This document shows, piece by piece, positions 39,047 to 52,764 of a DNA stretch of 64,000 nt (positions within the stretch are counted from its first letter, which is position 1; every line of letters starts with the position of its first letter). Both the position numbers and the translations under genes were made by a program. The notes beneath the pieces are model-generated. The model saw only the letters and a list, made by a program, of their open reading frames with translations, made no database searches and was not told the origin of the DNA. The stretch is from Rhina ancylostomus (Eukaryota). Where the stretch lies: positions 51,259,071-51,323,070 of the forward strand of contig JARFYF010000112.1 of assembly GCA_030265395.1 (NCBI GenBank), written 5' to 3'.

Positions 39047-39779
39047 GAATATTTGGTTAAAATCACCGCAGAATTTACTTTTGGTGTCATTTCGCGATTC
39101 TGTGGGACGACAAGTTGCTCACCGAAACAGAAATATGAAGCAGATAGTTGATCTGGATTTCACGTCTAAAATAGATTGATTAGCAATGAGGATTATTGTC
39201 TTCCTTAGGGATGACACTTTGCTGATATCTGCTGTCTCAGCTGCTCATCAAACTCTCACTGAACAGGTTACAGTTGTGGGGGTTTGGGTTGGGAATGGGC
39301 ATTCCTAAGCGTTGCAAGTGAATATCAATGAGGTTGTTGTCGAACGAGCTTTGATTGAGGAACTTAAGTAAGTTCAAATACTGTTCTGTTTCAGCTAATT
39401 TGCTGTCCTTCCATTTCATCGTTTAAAATCTTGCGTTTTTGATGTAATTTTGGATTTGCGTGAAACAAATACTTGATCGTTTCCCACCAGTTAAGGATAT
39501 TATCTTCTTTTCTATCTTTTTTTTCATAGTAGTGGAATTAAGGGTATCCGGAAGGTAGGTGGCGTTGAGTCCACGGCCGGATCAGCCATGGTCTTATTGA
39601 ATGACAGAATCGTCTTGACGGCCAGATGGCCTACTCCTGCTCGTAATTCTTATATTGTAATGTTATCTATCACATGCCAACTTCGTTGCAATTCTCTTGA
39701 ACTTTTTGCATCTCTATATTTATTTTCCCAATTTTCCATTTGGCTTCCGCCAACCAGCAAATTAATAGATTGTATACAG

Positions 39780-40145
39780 TGATAACCTCATGGAGGTTTA
39801 TGAAATGATGAGGCATAGATCAGGTGAATAACCAGCATATTTGCTAGGGTAGGGGAGTCCAAATTTAGAGGGCATTGATTTAAAGGGAGCGGGGAGAGAT
39901 TTCAAAGGGACCTGAGGGCAACATTTTTCGCAAAGATCGTAGTGACTTCATGGATGTATCTGACAGAGGAAATGGTAGAAGCGGGGTAACTTATGATATT
40001 TAAAAGACATTTGGAGAACTTCATACAGAGGAAAGGTTCGGAGCGATAAGAGGCAAATTCAGGCAAACTGCATAAGCTCACTTAGGCAACTTGGTTTGCA
40101 TGGACAAATTGGACCGAGGAGCTTGTTTTCAGTGCTGTACAAATA
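39780..40145 (+). mobile_element. CR1-type LINE 3' fragment
   Basis: GAGGTTTATGAAATGATGAGG..AGAGGGCATTGATTTAAAGG..TTTAAAAGACATTTGG, followed by a GGCCGAAGGG-like 3' motif. Confidence 0.7.
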
Positions 40146-40228
40146 TATTCTCTGTGATTCTATCTCTCTTGGTTCAAGATGACCAACTTTTTATCAGTTT
40201 GTTACTGCAACAGCAGCATCCTCGCACC

Positions 40229-41300
40229 ATGAAAACTTTTTTTTTACTCTCAATGTGCATGCTAATATTTTACAAAAGACTGTGGGATGACTTATTTTGT
40301 GCAACAAACTTTGGTGTGGCATCATCTTGATCACTTTGTGGAACATACCGAAATATTGAAAAAACTTGTTTTCATTCAGCAGAGGGGGGAAATGCTCTAA
40401 TGTTTCCAGGATTTAAAGGTAATTTCTCAAAAGCTTGCTAAGTAATTACTGGGCAAGACATAGTGGATGGAACCATGACCTTTCTATTTCTCAGAGTATC
40501 CAGAAAGAGAGACCATAACTTCGAAATACGGATTTGTTAATTCGTATCTGTGGTGAAACAAAATTTGTTCACTCACTGTGGAGAGAATCTTCGAAATTCT
40601 TGATACAATTGGTGTTTCTATACCCAGCCGTTGAATTTTTTTCAATAGAGAGATCCATCAGTTTTTGATTTGACAGGGAACCAAGCGAAGTGACTTTAGT
40701 CGAGGAAACTGGTACTGAGATTATTTTAAAAATCGTCATGATTTAACTGGATTTATGAGAAAGTGCGAGGTGCTAAATTCCGATTTCTTTTGCCATACGT
40801 ATGTTACTGGCTAGTGACATCGAGAACAACTTTCAGCTTGGTCACATATTTTCTTTTTCACTCCAAAAAAAATAACCTATCCCGCCATCCTTTCTGGATT
40901 TCAAGAATTTCCTGACAGCTATTCAGCTGGATTCTCATCTGTCAGCGTGACTTTATATTTAAATTCATCTACTCTGCTGTTATTGCACAACGCAAATTTT
41001 CTTGGTAATTATACTCGGGTAATTATACGAATAACAATAAATGAAATGGAATCTGACATTTGCCAGTTGCAGATGTTTCAGGATCTTTAAAGAAATTGGT
41101 TCGATTTGGAAGGTTAGTACAGAGCAGCGGCTGGCACAGAAGCAACTACTTAAACATTTTGGATGAAAGCCATCAGATCTGATTGATATTTTGACTGCGT
41201 ATCAAATCATATCTTCAGTGTTTTCTTTTGCAATGTTTTAATCAACATGTTCCTCACTCGACAGTACTTGAAAAATGCGAAGTCCTAAAATGTTATGTTT
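40229..41300 (+). pseudogene. Possible relic R6: signal peptide plus LRR-like fragments, split by a CR1 fragment (about 40380-40800)
   Basis: Kozak-like GCACCATG then MKTFFLLSMCMLIFYKRLWDDLFC (W-x4-C); later DL*RNWFDL and YLNILDESHQI. Confidence 0.35.
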
Positions 41301-41359
41301 TTACTCTTTTCAACATCAACTGGTTTCTAGTGGAAAATCTATGGTAGTGTTTGTGAAAA

Positions 41360-42800
41360 ATGTTTGATGCAGGGCTTCGGCTGGCTGATTTCTTAATATG
41401 GTCAGGACCTCTTTTAATGCCTCAGCCATCTTTCCTCCGTTTTTCCTGCGAGATTTTGTGCATACAATAATGAAAATAAATGCAACTGCACACAAAGGCG
41501 TGCAAACATATCGAATTGTAAAAAAAATCACGGCATTAAATGTTGACAACTTTTATTCCTTTGGAATTCAGCATTTCAGAGAGACCTTTTGATATGTTTT
41601 AAGTGAGGCCACATATTTTTAAAATGTAGGGGCCACTTGCCTGGTCCATGCTGGGCCAATTCCTTCAATTTTATTGTTCACATTTCGTTCCCAGTGTAGA
41701 TTACAGTAGATTATTTTAGCATTTAACGAGGTATTTCTTTCTCTATTTTAATGGATTTGCACATTCCAGAAAGTATATCTGAAGCATCGTTTCAGTGAGC
41801 ACACATTATTGAGTTTTCTGTTCCTGTGGTGTCGTTGGAAACGTTTTGATCAGAGTGGTAATATTTGACAACGATACATGGAAAGAATTTCTAATATGGA
41901 ATCTCCTTTACTGTTTGAATTTAGTTGCAGACATTGATCAGAAACCACATTTACAGAGATAAATGTTATGCAATGGAAGTAGGGTTTTTGAGTTCAAATT
42001 GACGGAGTAATGAATATTCCGTATTACAGTTGATGCAGAGAAAAAAACTTGTTTTATGTTTACCTCAGGTCTAGTCATTATTAACTCCAGAAACTTGCCT
42101 CTAATATTGAAAACAATTATGTCTGCAACTCGACGGATGCGAATAGTTGATAGACCTATGGCTTGCTGTAGACTGGAGGCAAAGGCGAAATACCCTCTAA
42201 TTATTTGAGTGATATTATTTCACTTTGGACAATAGGATCGATAAGATTGTTGTCATATATAACCGCTGATCCAACGGATGGGAATATTTGAAAACAATTG
42301 TATTGGCGTATTTCCTTTCGATCTTCAAGTTTATTTTCAAAAACAACTCCAAATTTGTCAGAGTACAGATTTAGGACACAGGAGATTTACAAGCTTTGAA
42401 ATGTATTTAAATTCTGGAAATACTCTGACAAAAATGACTTCCTTTGAGATACAAACGTTTTAAGTTTATATTGCACCATGCACTTCTGAGATTTCTGCCC
42501 ATGTGATCGCTCCATTTTAATGTTTACTCCGGATCGCAGCCGCGCTGTCGCATAAGGAACAATGTAGCCCATACCATGTCCATTTTGGAGCAAGCTTTCA
42601 TAATAAACCTATAAAAGAATGACTTATACATAAGCAGAGGACGGGTAAACATTAAAAAGAGCATTCTAACTGTTAATGGGGCATTGTGATTGTATTGCCT
42701 ACCCGCCAGACGTTTTCAGTCTCGCACGATATTGCGATACAATGTCTTCTGTAATTATTTCTACGTGATGGAGCAGAATGCATTGTATCTGTTACTAAAG
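41360..42800 (+). pseudogene. Decayed LRR / TLR11-subfamily-like relic R5, intronic
   Basis: MFDAGLRLADFLIWSGPLLMPQP..FYSFGIQHFRETF*YVLSEATYF*NVG..GPIPSILLFTFRSQCRLQ*IILAFN..LQKLASNIENNY..STDLGHRRF; GPIPSILL mirrors GPIKSILL in R2. Confidence 0.5.
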
Positions 42801-44522
42801 CCATTATTAATTGCTTACCAATCGTAAATGGCGATTTGCATTTGGCAGTGTAATGGTGTTACCCTAGGGAAGGCTGCTGAGTCCATGCCGGCTCACAGTT
42901 GAACAAGCCCATCAGTACCATTCCATCTGTTATTTCATTTCGACCGTCAAAGCCTTTCTCTCTTATATTCCTGGTAACTACCTACAGATTCATTATTGAA
43001 ACTTCTCTGCATTGGAAACAATTTACATTGACCTGTAAAAATAACAACAGATATATTGGGTTCATGGAAGTGTGTCTGCATGTACGATGGGACTGGGTGG
43101 TATTTCAAATATCTGGCACAAAAATACGTTGGAGGGAAAATGCGCAAACTCAGCACAGTCAACTCTTTAGATCAGGATGGAACCTGGGTCACTGGACATG
43201 TGAAGCAGCGGGACCATCTGCTGCGTCATGACACAGTGTACTTGAAATTATCGTCATTTTTATGTTGAGGCCACACCTCACTTTGATTGGAAGAATGATA
43301 TTGGCTTTTGAATACATGAGATGTTCAACAAGCATTTGGAAGGGGTTGTGACATTGCCACTCAGAATCATCAAACATGTTGCTCACTGGTGGTGTACGCT
43401 GCGTTTTCCCTTCTTTGAATAAACCCATTGTTTATACATTCAGCATCTATTTTCTATTGAAACAAATGTTTTTTTTCTCGCCTCTATCAAATTTGTTTCT
43501 CTTTCATTTCATTGCTTATCTCATGCCTCGCGTATATCACATTTTGCGGAGCTCTTTTTCCCAAAATATGGACTTAACAGACCTGTTTTGATTCATGCTC
43601 GGGACAGAATAAAATCTTTGGTTGACTTGCTAGTTTATATTTCTATTTAAATTAACCCTCAATTTAATGTGAAAACTACACACATTGAAGACATGAAGTG
43701 AAACTGAATAATTTGTAAGTTAATTGACTGTGAACTTTCAGAGATATTGTGAGATTCTGTTCCGCTAAAAAAAAGATAATTTTGGGTTTCTTACAAAAGA
43801 TGATGTCCCGCAGCAGTATTGCTCCATGGGTTTGCCCCTAGGAATATTGCTCTGTAGACCATATGTTTATTTTATGTACTCGCATTAGTTTTCAATATTT
43901 TGGAAATGTACAGCTAATGTTTAAATAATTGACAATATTTTTATTTCTAAGATTAAACGATCAATATTTTTCAAATTATTTTAAAATATTTCTGTCGCTT
44001 CTATCCCTGATCATCAGGGACATTGAAACACAGTGGTAAATGGATTTCTTCACATATTTTGTCAAAAGACCATGAGATTCCTGGGCTCTGTTGCAGGGCG
44101 TGAGAGCGGGCATGATGTTGGCGGGTTGATGAGTGATGAAGTTTCTTCACCTGATCACCAGACGCCACCAATGAACTGCAGTGCTTCATGAGATGCGTGC
44201 ATAGATACAAATGGGACATTGAAATGTAAGAAGAGAATGTGAGTCACCGGAACGATTAGCATGATCCAGCAAGTATTTTAAAGATCTTTCCGTGCACCGT
44301 ATATGTGCTGGGAATGTCCCAGTGTTCAGATCGATGTGCACAATTCCTAAAGTGAACTTCTTCACAGAATCTAGCAGGTTTTGAAGAACTTGATGACGAC
44401 GACCATAAGGGATTGTACACGTATGCGTCTGAAATCTTGACATGGTGCCGATGTTGCATGTGATGTAATTAGAATGTTCTAATTACACGTATTTAAATAT
44501 AATGTTGATTTTTGCCACATAG

Positions 44523-44837
44523 ATCACAAGACTCTGAGACTCGCATCTGGGGTGACCCGGTGCTCCGGCCGTGTTGAAATCCAGCGGGGAAATACGCTGG
44601 GGACGCTTTGTGGCGTTTACTTTGATTTTGAAGACGCGGCAGTGGTCTGTGACAACCTTCAGTGCGGGACAGTAACCGCAACCCCGAGAGGAGATCCCTT
44701 AGGAAAAGGAACCGGTCCATTCTAGAAATATAAATACTCGTGCCGCGGGAATGAGTCCCGATTATGGGATTGCCCTATTTCATCCTGGGAACAGTTCAGC
44801 TGCTTACATGGAAGTGTCGCCAACGTCATTTGCTCAG
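44523..44837 (+). pseudogene. SRCR exon 3, in-frame TAG at 44723-44725
   Basis: DHKTLRLASGVTRCSGRVEIQRGNTLGTLC..DAAVVCDNLQCG..GKGTGPF*KYKYSCRGNESRLWDC..SCLHGSVANVICS; atag| and |gtgagt; 315 bp; missed by the ORF track. Confidence 0.93.
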
Positions 44838-45179
44838 GTGAGTCCTCTTCATGTTTTCAACTGAAATGAAATGTTTGAGATGCAAAATTGGAAAACACGA
44901 GCACTTGCTCTCAGTGCACAATATCCGTGCCGGTCACCAGGCGGCTATTGACATGAACTTCATTTTTCCCTTCGTATCTCCATGTACTATGCTGCTGATT
45001 TGTCTATCGCACTGATAGGCAAGGAACAAATCATATTCGCCAATTAACCTTTACATTGTTGGCATGGGAAATAAACTGGAGCAGCTAGGGGAACCTCGCA
45101 CAGTCAGTGACAACGTGCAGATTCCAAGCAAACTACAGCCCGTTCAATGATAGTACGTTCTGCATCAACAGTCCTTTCC

Positions 45180-46540
45180 TGCCATTTCCCCCATTATTTT
45201 TAATTCTCATTGTCTGTCTTGAGTACATCAGGCAGCAGAATCTACATCGCCCTCAAGGATATAGAATTCCAAAGATTCACCATCTTCCGACTGAGGAACA
45301 TTATGGTCATTTCAGTTTTCAGGGGTTAGCTTTTATATTGACATTATGACCTTTTGTTCCCGAATCCTGAACTAGGGGAAACATTCTTCACAATATTATA
45401 CTGTCAAGTTCTCGATGAAAGTCGCGTGATGCTTATTTTTGTAACTGCATGGAAGTAGGACTTCGTCATGTTATTCTCTCATCATATGACAGACCTCATA
45501 TCTCAAGAATGAGTATGTTAAACATTGCTGAACACAATTTTTGGAAACCTCATCCTTCCTTTCAATGCATTATACTAGAGATATGGCTTCATCAAATCTC
45601 TCTGCAATATTAAGAAGTGAACACGACTCCTGTACACAATCCTCTGACAACAGAACCCATAGCTGTTTGCCTTTTTATTCCCCCAGTCAACTGCATGTAA
45701 GATTACAAGGCTTTGTATAAAGAAACGCCCAGTACCTTGAAACCTAATACTCCCCAATCCCTTTCATCTAAAAAACTGAGCAGTTCTGTTTTATTTCTAC
45801 CAAATTCTACAAAGTAACTTTTCCCTTTATTGAAATCCATTCACCACATGGTTGCCCACTTAGTCACCTTCTGTACGTTGATCCTCCATCTGTGATCATT
45901 GTGTCAAAGGCCGAAATTTAACAGCATCGATGTTTCTTACTGTATCCACACCATCGCCTGAGTGCCCATGTGGATTCATGACATTAGCGGATTTAAGAAT
46001 ATCTAATCTGCTTCCCTCTGTTAACTCATCAAATTGGATTCCAAATAAATTCGTCTGAAGCACGGTACCTAAGGTATTCCAAAAGTTTTCTGCTGACTTG
46101 AGAAAGACCCGCACGCTCCTATTTATTTATGACTGTGAACAAATGCTAAATCAACAGTCATACATGAGAGAAATTTCACAATCTCTGATCTTTCTCGGCA
46201 GCCACCTATCCAGGAGCTCAGCACATGCCTTCAGGTAATCCGCACAGTCCACGTTCACTCCACCCACTCACCAAGTGTATCAGAATCGCTCTCAAATTCA
46301 TCAACATATTGTAGAAATATTACTTCTCTTTCACAATTTTAAATCGACTTTTCTCTGTCATATGGTTAAGTTAACTGTGTCCTAATATCAGATAGGTTAT
46401 TATAGACCTCAGCCGTTTGATATGAACTGCCAATTTCAGGCGAACAGCTTAGTTGTTCCTTAGAGAGTGTCGCCCGTTTTCTTAAGCAGAGGAGTTATAT
46501 TTTCTTTCCCACAATTTGCAGGAAATAATCGAAGCTGCCT
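45180..46540 (-). mobile_element. Old CR1-type LINE fragment
   Basis: Degenerate reverse-strand CR1 signatures (AAAGATTCACCA, GTTGCCCACTTAGTCACC..) with no open frame. Confidence 0.5.
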
Positions 46541-48067
46541 CTTTCCGATTGATATTGATAGTGGAAAAAAAACATTATTTTAGGGAGGGACCATTGTAGC
46601 CAAAGTGCACACAACAGTGTCGAAAAGCCGTAAAGAGCCAAGATCTTGAACTTGACCTTTCATTCTAACAAGGATGCCTCTACAGTGGGTTTGGTGGTGG
46701 AGGTGGTGGTGTCCCGAATTTATATCCTGTGAGAATCAACAATAGGTAATATATTTCTAAATAAAAAATGGAGTGTGACTTGGAAGGGAAGGTGCAGATC
46801 ATGCCATCTGCTGTCTCTCTTGCCCATTCCATTTCACTGATAAAAATCGCAGAATGGGAGTTACAAACAGGATAGTCTACCCAAGCAAATGTCTTCATTT
46901 GCAAATAATCTAAACGACAGCAACTGTGGCTGCCTGTGAAGTGATATATTGTTTTGGGTGTTTGATGGGCAATTACCTAGGATATTTTGATTTGTCTGCA
47001 TTCAAACTTGTTGCAAGAGTTGGAGTTGCACTTAGTGAGGTGAAAGTTTTCCATACTACTCTTGAAATGGGTCTTATCGATGACTTGAAAAAATAAGGTG
47101 TAAGAAACTGAGAATGTTTTCTGAAGATGCCCAGCTTCTGGCCTGCTGGGGTATTTCCGTGGCTGATGCAGATGAATTTCTAATTAGTAGTGATGCTCAT
47201 GATATTGATGAGGAGTGTGAATGATTCGAAAATTGCGCGACAATCACTGAATATCCCCAGTTTTGAATATAGGATGGAAGGACGGCCAGGGCTGATGTAG
47301 CTGAATATGGTTGGGCCTGGGTCACTGTTGCAGTGACATCCTGAGATTGGTGATTGTGATCGTTCAAATTACGGCCATCTTTTCTGTGTGTGAGATGTAA
47401 CGCCAGCCTTTGTTATATGTATCCTTTGGTGCCAATTGCTTTACCAGAGTCCGTTGTTTGCAGGCGAAGAAACAGACTAATCAACTTTCATGTAAATAAC
47501 AGATAGACTGGATGCAGTCCTAGCTGAAGGATGCAGTATCCTCATCTAACGAGATCAGCCTAGAAGACTGAATGGTACAGGTTTAGCATAATTTTACACG
47601 TAATTCTTCAATTCTATCCCTTTTCATTTCCCAGCACCTTGCATGCAGGTCTTACGTGCTGCAGCAGGGACACTGAGTGTCCACTAGCGCCTGCTCTGTC
47701 ATACATTTTGAGCCAATAATTCTGACCACATTGAGTGGATAAAGCTGGCGAACACCTCTTTCTGTGATGCTCAGGCGCTCTGTAATTTGCTAGGGTTTTC
47801 CTGGATGCACTCAATATCCAAATCTCAAACGTAAACGAAAGACTATGAGAAATACCCCACCAACTCCATTGTAGCAAAAACAAAATTTATCACTCTCTTT
47901 GAATTAGCTATTGTGTTCATCATTCCAGAGGATTACATATCGGTTGGTGCGAGAAAAAAGAACATGGGCGCAGTCAAGCAGCCCCACCATTCTAAAGATT
48001 AAGGCTCGTCTGATTTTGATTTCATTTTCCCAGCTAACGATGACAACCGTTCACCACCTAGCATATT

Positions 48068-48305
48068 AGGGCGGCACGGTAGTGTAGAGGTTAATGCGAC
48101 GCTATTATAACACCACGATCGGGGTAAGGAGTTTGTACGTTCCCCTGTGTCTGCGTGGGTTTCCTCTGGGTGCTCCGGTTTCCTCCCACATTCTAAATAC
48201 GTACAGGGAGGTTAATTTGGGGTTTAAAATGAGAGGCGCGGACTCGTTGGGCCAGAAGGGCCTGTTACCACGCTGTAAATACAATTAAAAAAATAATAAA
48301 AAATA
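48068..48305 (+). mobile_element. V-SINE (second copy at 49838-50080)
   Basis: GGGCGGCACGGTAGTGTAG A-box start, GCGTGGGTTTCCTCTGGGTGCTCCGGTTTCCTCCCACA core, A-rich tail. Confidence 0.9.
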
Positions 48306-49059
48306 AATTTCCTACCGATACAAGTATAAAATATGCATAATGGATACTTGTATACCCTTTTCAGAGAGTACTTCAAGGACAAATGGCCCTGTGAAAGAAA
48401 AAAAAAGACATGAGATCATCCCTGTTCGAAATGGGTGAAACTCTCATGTTTAAACAGTGACCCACCCAGAGTTCTAGATTGTCCAACCTGACAAAACGTT
48501 CACTTTAACGTCAACGTTCAATCGTCCTGGCCCTCAAGCGAACATTCCACTGATTGTGGTGTGAGGGGGAAGGAATGAGTGTTTGGAGTCATAAATCGTG
48601 TTAAGTAAAATAGTTGAGGTTACGTAAGTCAACTGTGCCACTGGAGGTCTTCAGTACAGAGTTCAGCAGGGTAATGTCCGAGACTCAGTCTCCCTCTGTT
48701 TTGCCTCATCAATAACACACCCAACATCATAATTGAGAGATTCGATGATAATTGCAAATGTTGAGTTTAATTGACAAACTGTGGACCACGAAACAGTCCA
48801 TAGGTCCACGCAACCTGTCGCAAACAACATTCAAATATGGGCTGTTTAATGATGTGCAACAATACGAGGTTACAGTCAGCTCAAATAAGAGAGAGCCAAG
48901 ATACATATCGTTGAAATATAATGGCATTCACCATCAGTGAACACCAGTGCATCAACATTNNNNNNNNNNNNNNNNNNNNNNNNNNNNNNNNNNNNNNNNN
49001 NNNNNNNNNNNNNNNNNNNNNNNNNNNNNNNNNNNNNNNNNNNNNNNNNNNNNNNNNNN

Positions 49060-49201
49060 GGATTCCTCTTCTGATCTCCAAGGCAAGATTCCTTCCAGTT
49101 ACTGCCTGCATTTGTCCTGAGGAAGTATCCTGACTCTAGTCTTGTACTGGTGTGCCGCATTTGGGTTCTCTGTGACTTTGCTCTGGATCAACATTGTGAC
49201 A
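49060..49201. mobile_element. Partial LTR, family A, inverted relative to the other copies
   Basis: Reverse complement of 38641-38785; ends ACATTGTGACA at 49201. Confidence 0.85.
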
Positions 49202-52200
49202 TATATATCCTTTGGTGCCAATTGCTTTACCAGAGTCCTTTGTTTGCAGGCGAAGAAACAGACTAATCAACTTTCATGTAAGCAAGAGATAGACTAGATG
49301 CAGTCCAGGCTGTAGGATGCAGGATCCTCATCTAACTATATCAGCCTAGACGACTGAATGGTACAGGTTTAGCATAATTTTGCACGTAATTCTTCAATTC
49401 TATCCCTTTTCATTTCCCAGCACCTTGCATGCAGGTCTTACGTGCTGAAGCTGGGATGCTGAGTGTCCACTAGCGCTTGCTCTGTCATACATTCTGAGCC
49501 AATAATTCTGACTACATTGAGTGGATAAAGCTGGCAACATCTTTTTCTGTGATGCTCAGGGGCTCTGTAATTTGCTAGGGTTTTCCTGGATGCACTCAAT
49601 ATCCAAATGTCAAACGTAAATAAAAGACTATGAGAAACACCCCACCGACTCTATTATCGCAAAAACCCAATTAGCTATAGTGTTCATCATTCCAGAGGTT
49701 AACATATCGGCTGGTGTGAGAGAGAAAAAAAACATGTGTGCAGTCAAGCAGCTCCACCATTCTAAAGATTAAGGCTCGTCTGATTTTGATTTCATTTTCC
49801 CAGCTAACGGTGACAATCGTTCACCACCTTGCATATTAGGGCGGCACGGTAGTGCAACGGTTAATGAGACGCTGTTATAACACCGCGATCGGGCTAAGGA
49901 ATTTTTACGTTCTCCTGTGTCTGCGTGGGTTTCCTCCGCGTGCTCCGGTTTCCTCCCACATTCTAAAGACGTATGGGTAGGTTAATATGGGGGTTAAAAT
50001 GAGAGGCGCGGACTCGTTGGGCCGAAAGGGTCTGTTACCACGCTGTAAATACAATTAAAATTAAAATAATAAAAAATAAAGTTCCTACCTATCCAAGTAC
50101 AAAATATGTATAATGGCTACTTGTAAACCCTTTGCAGAGAGCACTTCAAGGGCAAATGGCCCTGTGAAAAAAAAGTCATGAGCTCAGCCCTGTGCGAAAT
50201 GGGTGAAACTCACACGTTTAAACAGTGACCCACCCAGACTTCTAGATTGTCCAACGGTCAATGGTCCTGGCCCTCAAGCGAACATTCCACTGACTGTGGT
50301 GTGAGGGGGAATGAATGAGTGCTTGGAGTCATAAATCGTGTTAAGTAAAATAGTTGAGGTTGCGTTAGTCAATTGTGCCACTCGAGGTCTTCAGTACAGA
50401 GTTCTGCAGGGTGATGTCCGAGGCTCAGTCTCCTTCAGTTTTGCTTCATCAATAACACACCCAACATCGTAATTGAGGGATTCAATGATAATTGCAAATG
50501 TTGAGTTTAATTGACAACCTGTGGACCACGAAACAGTCCATAGGTCCACGCAGCCTGTTACAAACAACATTCAAATATGGGCTGTTTAATGATGTGCAAC
50601 AATACGAAGTTACGGTCAGCTCAAATAAGAGAGAGCCAAGACACATATCGTTGAAATATAATGGCATTCACCATCAGTGAACACCAGTGCATCAACATTG
50701 CGTGGTCTTTGTTGAGCAGAAATCCAAATGGAGTACCCAGGCAATACTGTGGTTACTAGTGTAGTTCAGAAGCAGTGTATTCATAGCAAGTGAGTTGCCT
50801 TTTGGCATCACAACGCCATTGCAACAGCTGAGTCTCAAAAGTGACATATGTAATGAAATGCCGTCCGCTTGACCGGCCGTGTGCAGCTTCAACAACATTC
50901 AAGAAGCACGAATCCCACCAGGGCAAACAACCGACTGAATTAGTACTCTTTCAACTGCTCTAAACATCAGTTCCTCCCTTTGCTTGGCACTATTAATACA
51001 CTCTATATTAATTACCAAATGATTTGCAGTTAGGCATCTTGGTTACGACAGCAGCATCATTCAAAATCTACCAACAAGCAGGCAAAGGGAACGTTACCAG
51101 CTGCAAGTTTCAATTCAAATCATAGTTACCCTGGCTTGCATATTTGTTGCTAGTGTTTCATGTTCCTGTATTCGTCATCCTGAAACTCACTATCCAGCAC
51201 ATTATCCGTCAACCTAAATCACAAATGCCGTACTTCAAGGGGGTGGCGTACTCCACCTTCACAAATGTAACTGGGAATGGTCAATAAATGCTGAGGTCGC
51301 CAGCGATGCCTTGATCCATCTATTGAATAAGGAGCAGAATGATAAGTCCCCGGACTCTTTTTGGTTTCAGAAAAGTTTCCTGTCATTCCTCCAGGTACCA
51401 GAACTAAAAAAAAAGTTTGTTCAAACATTCGCGATTAGACAACCAGAGCAGTGCAGGACAAAAAAAGTCTTGTTGGTTTCCTTAGCGAGGGAGACACGAT
51501 ACTCTCACCGGTAATCCAGGTCCAGTCTCACAAAGTTCTAACTCAACAGTGACATTGCTTCCCTAAATTTGTATTCAGTCCCTTTATCAAAGAGACTCTT
51601 GGTGCATTTGTCCAAGACGTTTCTGTAAATTCTAAAACATCGAGGCGCCAGTACCGATTCCTGTGGTAAACCAATCATCACTTTTGCTAATCAATAAAAT
51701 TCCAATTTATTCTCAATTTCTTTTCCTGATAACTAACCAAGCGTCGATCCATCTAGACCCAGTGTAGAGGTGTTTTGTATGAAGCATTAACTTTGTTTCT
51801 CTTTCCACAGATTCTGTCAGAACTGCTGCGTGTTTCTAGAATTAAACTTCTGCTTTATTAATATCCATGCAATTTTGTTGCATCTGATATAATAATCATT
51901 TTCGGTTACGACCTTTTCAAACGCCTTCACAAATTGCAATATTTGTTAGTACAACTGATAAACATGATTAGTTCCAGTTCCTCTCCTTGCAGAGTACTAA
52001 AATGGAAAAAAAAACATCAGTTGCCCCTCACTTCCCCTTCATCGCTTGCCCCTCATCCATCTCTGTTGCATGGTCCCCTCGTACCATCCGCAGATCATTG
52101 CCTTCCAGTCCACTCCAAATCAGATCCAAATGGAGCATCGAAATTTAGGCAGCTGCTTTGGAGAGGGGCGGTTNNNNNNNNNNNNNNNNNNNNNNNNNNN

Positions 52201-52764
52201 NNNNNNNNNNNNNNNNNNNNNNNNNNNNNNNNNNNNNNNNNNNNNNNNNNNNNNNNNNNNNNNNNNNNNNNNNATTGCCTTCCAGTCCACTCCAAATCAG
52301 ATCCAAATGGAGCATCGAAATTTAGGCAGCTGCTTTGGAGAGGGGCGGTTGTAATTTAGTGTGTGCCACTGCAGGTTGACGTGTGTGCAACCATGAAAAC
52401 TTCAAATGATTTGCAAATAAATTACGTCATCGGCTTTTCCACTGCCCGATGTTCATGCAACCTCTTCAAACATTTAACAATGGTCATTCTACCTACATGT
52501 TTCCTTTGGAAACCATGCCGACCATTCAACTTGTTGCTTTTATGGATATTCTTCTGCTCCTCTTTTTACGAACGATTCCAATCTCTTTTACTCTCCTGAC
52601 AACTATTACTCATTTTACACGTTCTTATTCCCCTTTGAGTATTTGTAGACTGACTGGAATAATGGAATATCATTAAACTTCACCATTAGAAGTTCGAATA
52701 CCCATCAATCTAAAAGATAGGAAGCACTTCTGCCCCATTTCCATTTTCGTTATTGTTACTGCAG

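Larger units (their letters stand above)
47414..50699. repeat. Apparent tandem duplication B: 47414-48959 and 49202-50699
   Basis: Colinear about 1.5-kb copies, each containing the same V-SINE, separated by a gap and an LTR A end. Confidence 0.95.
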
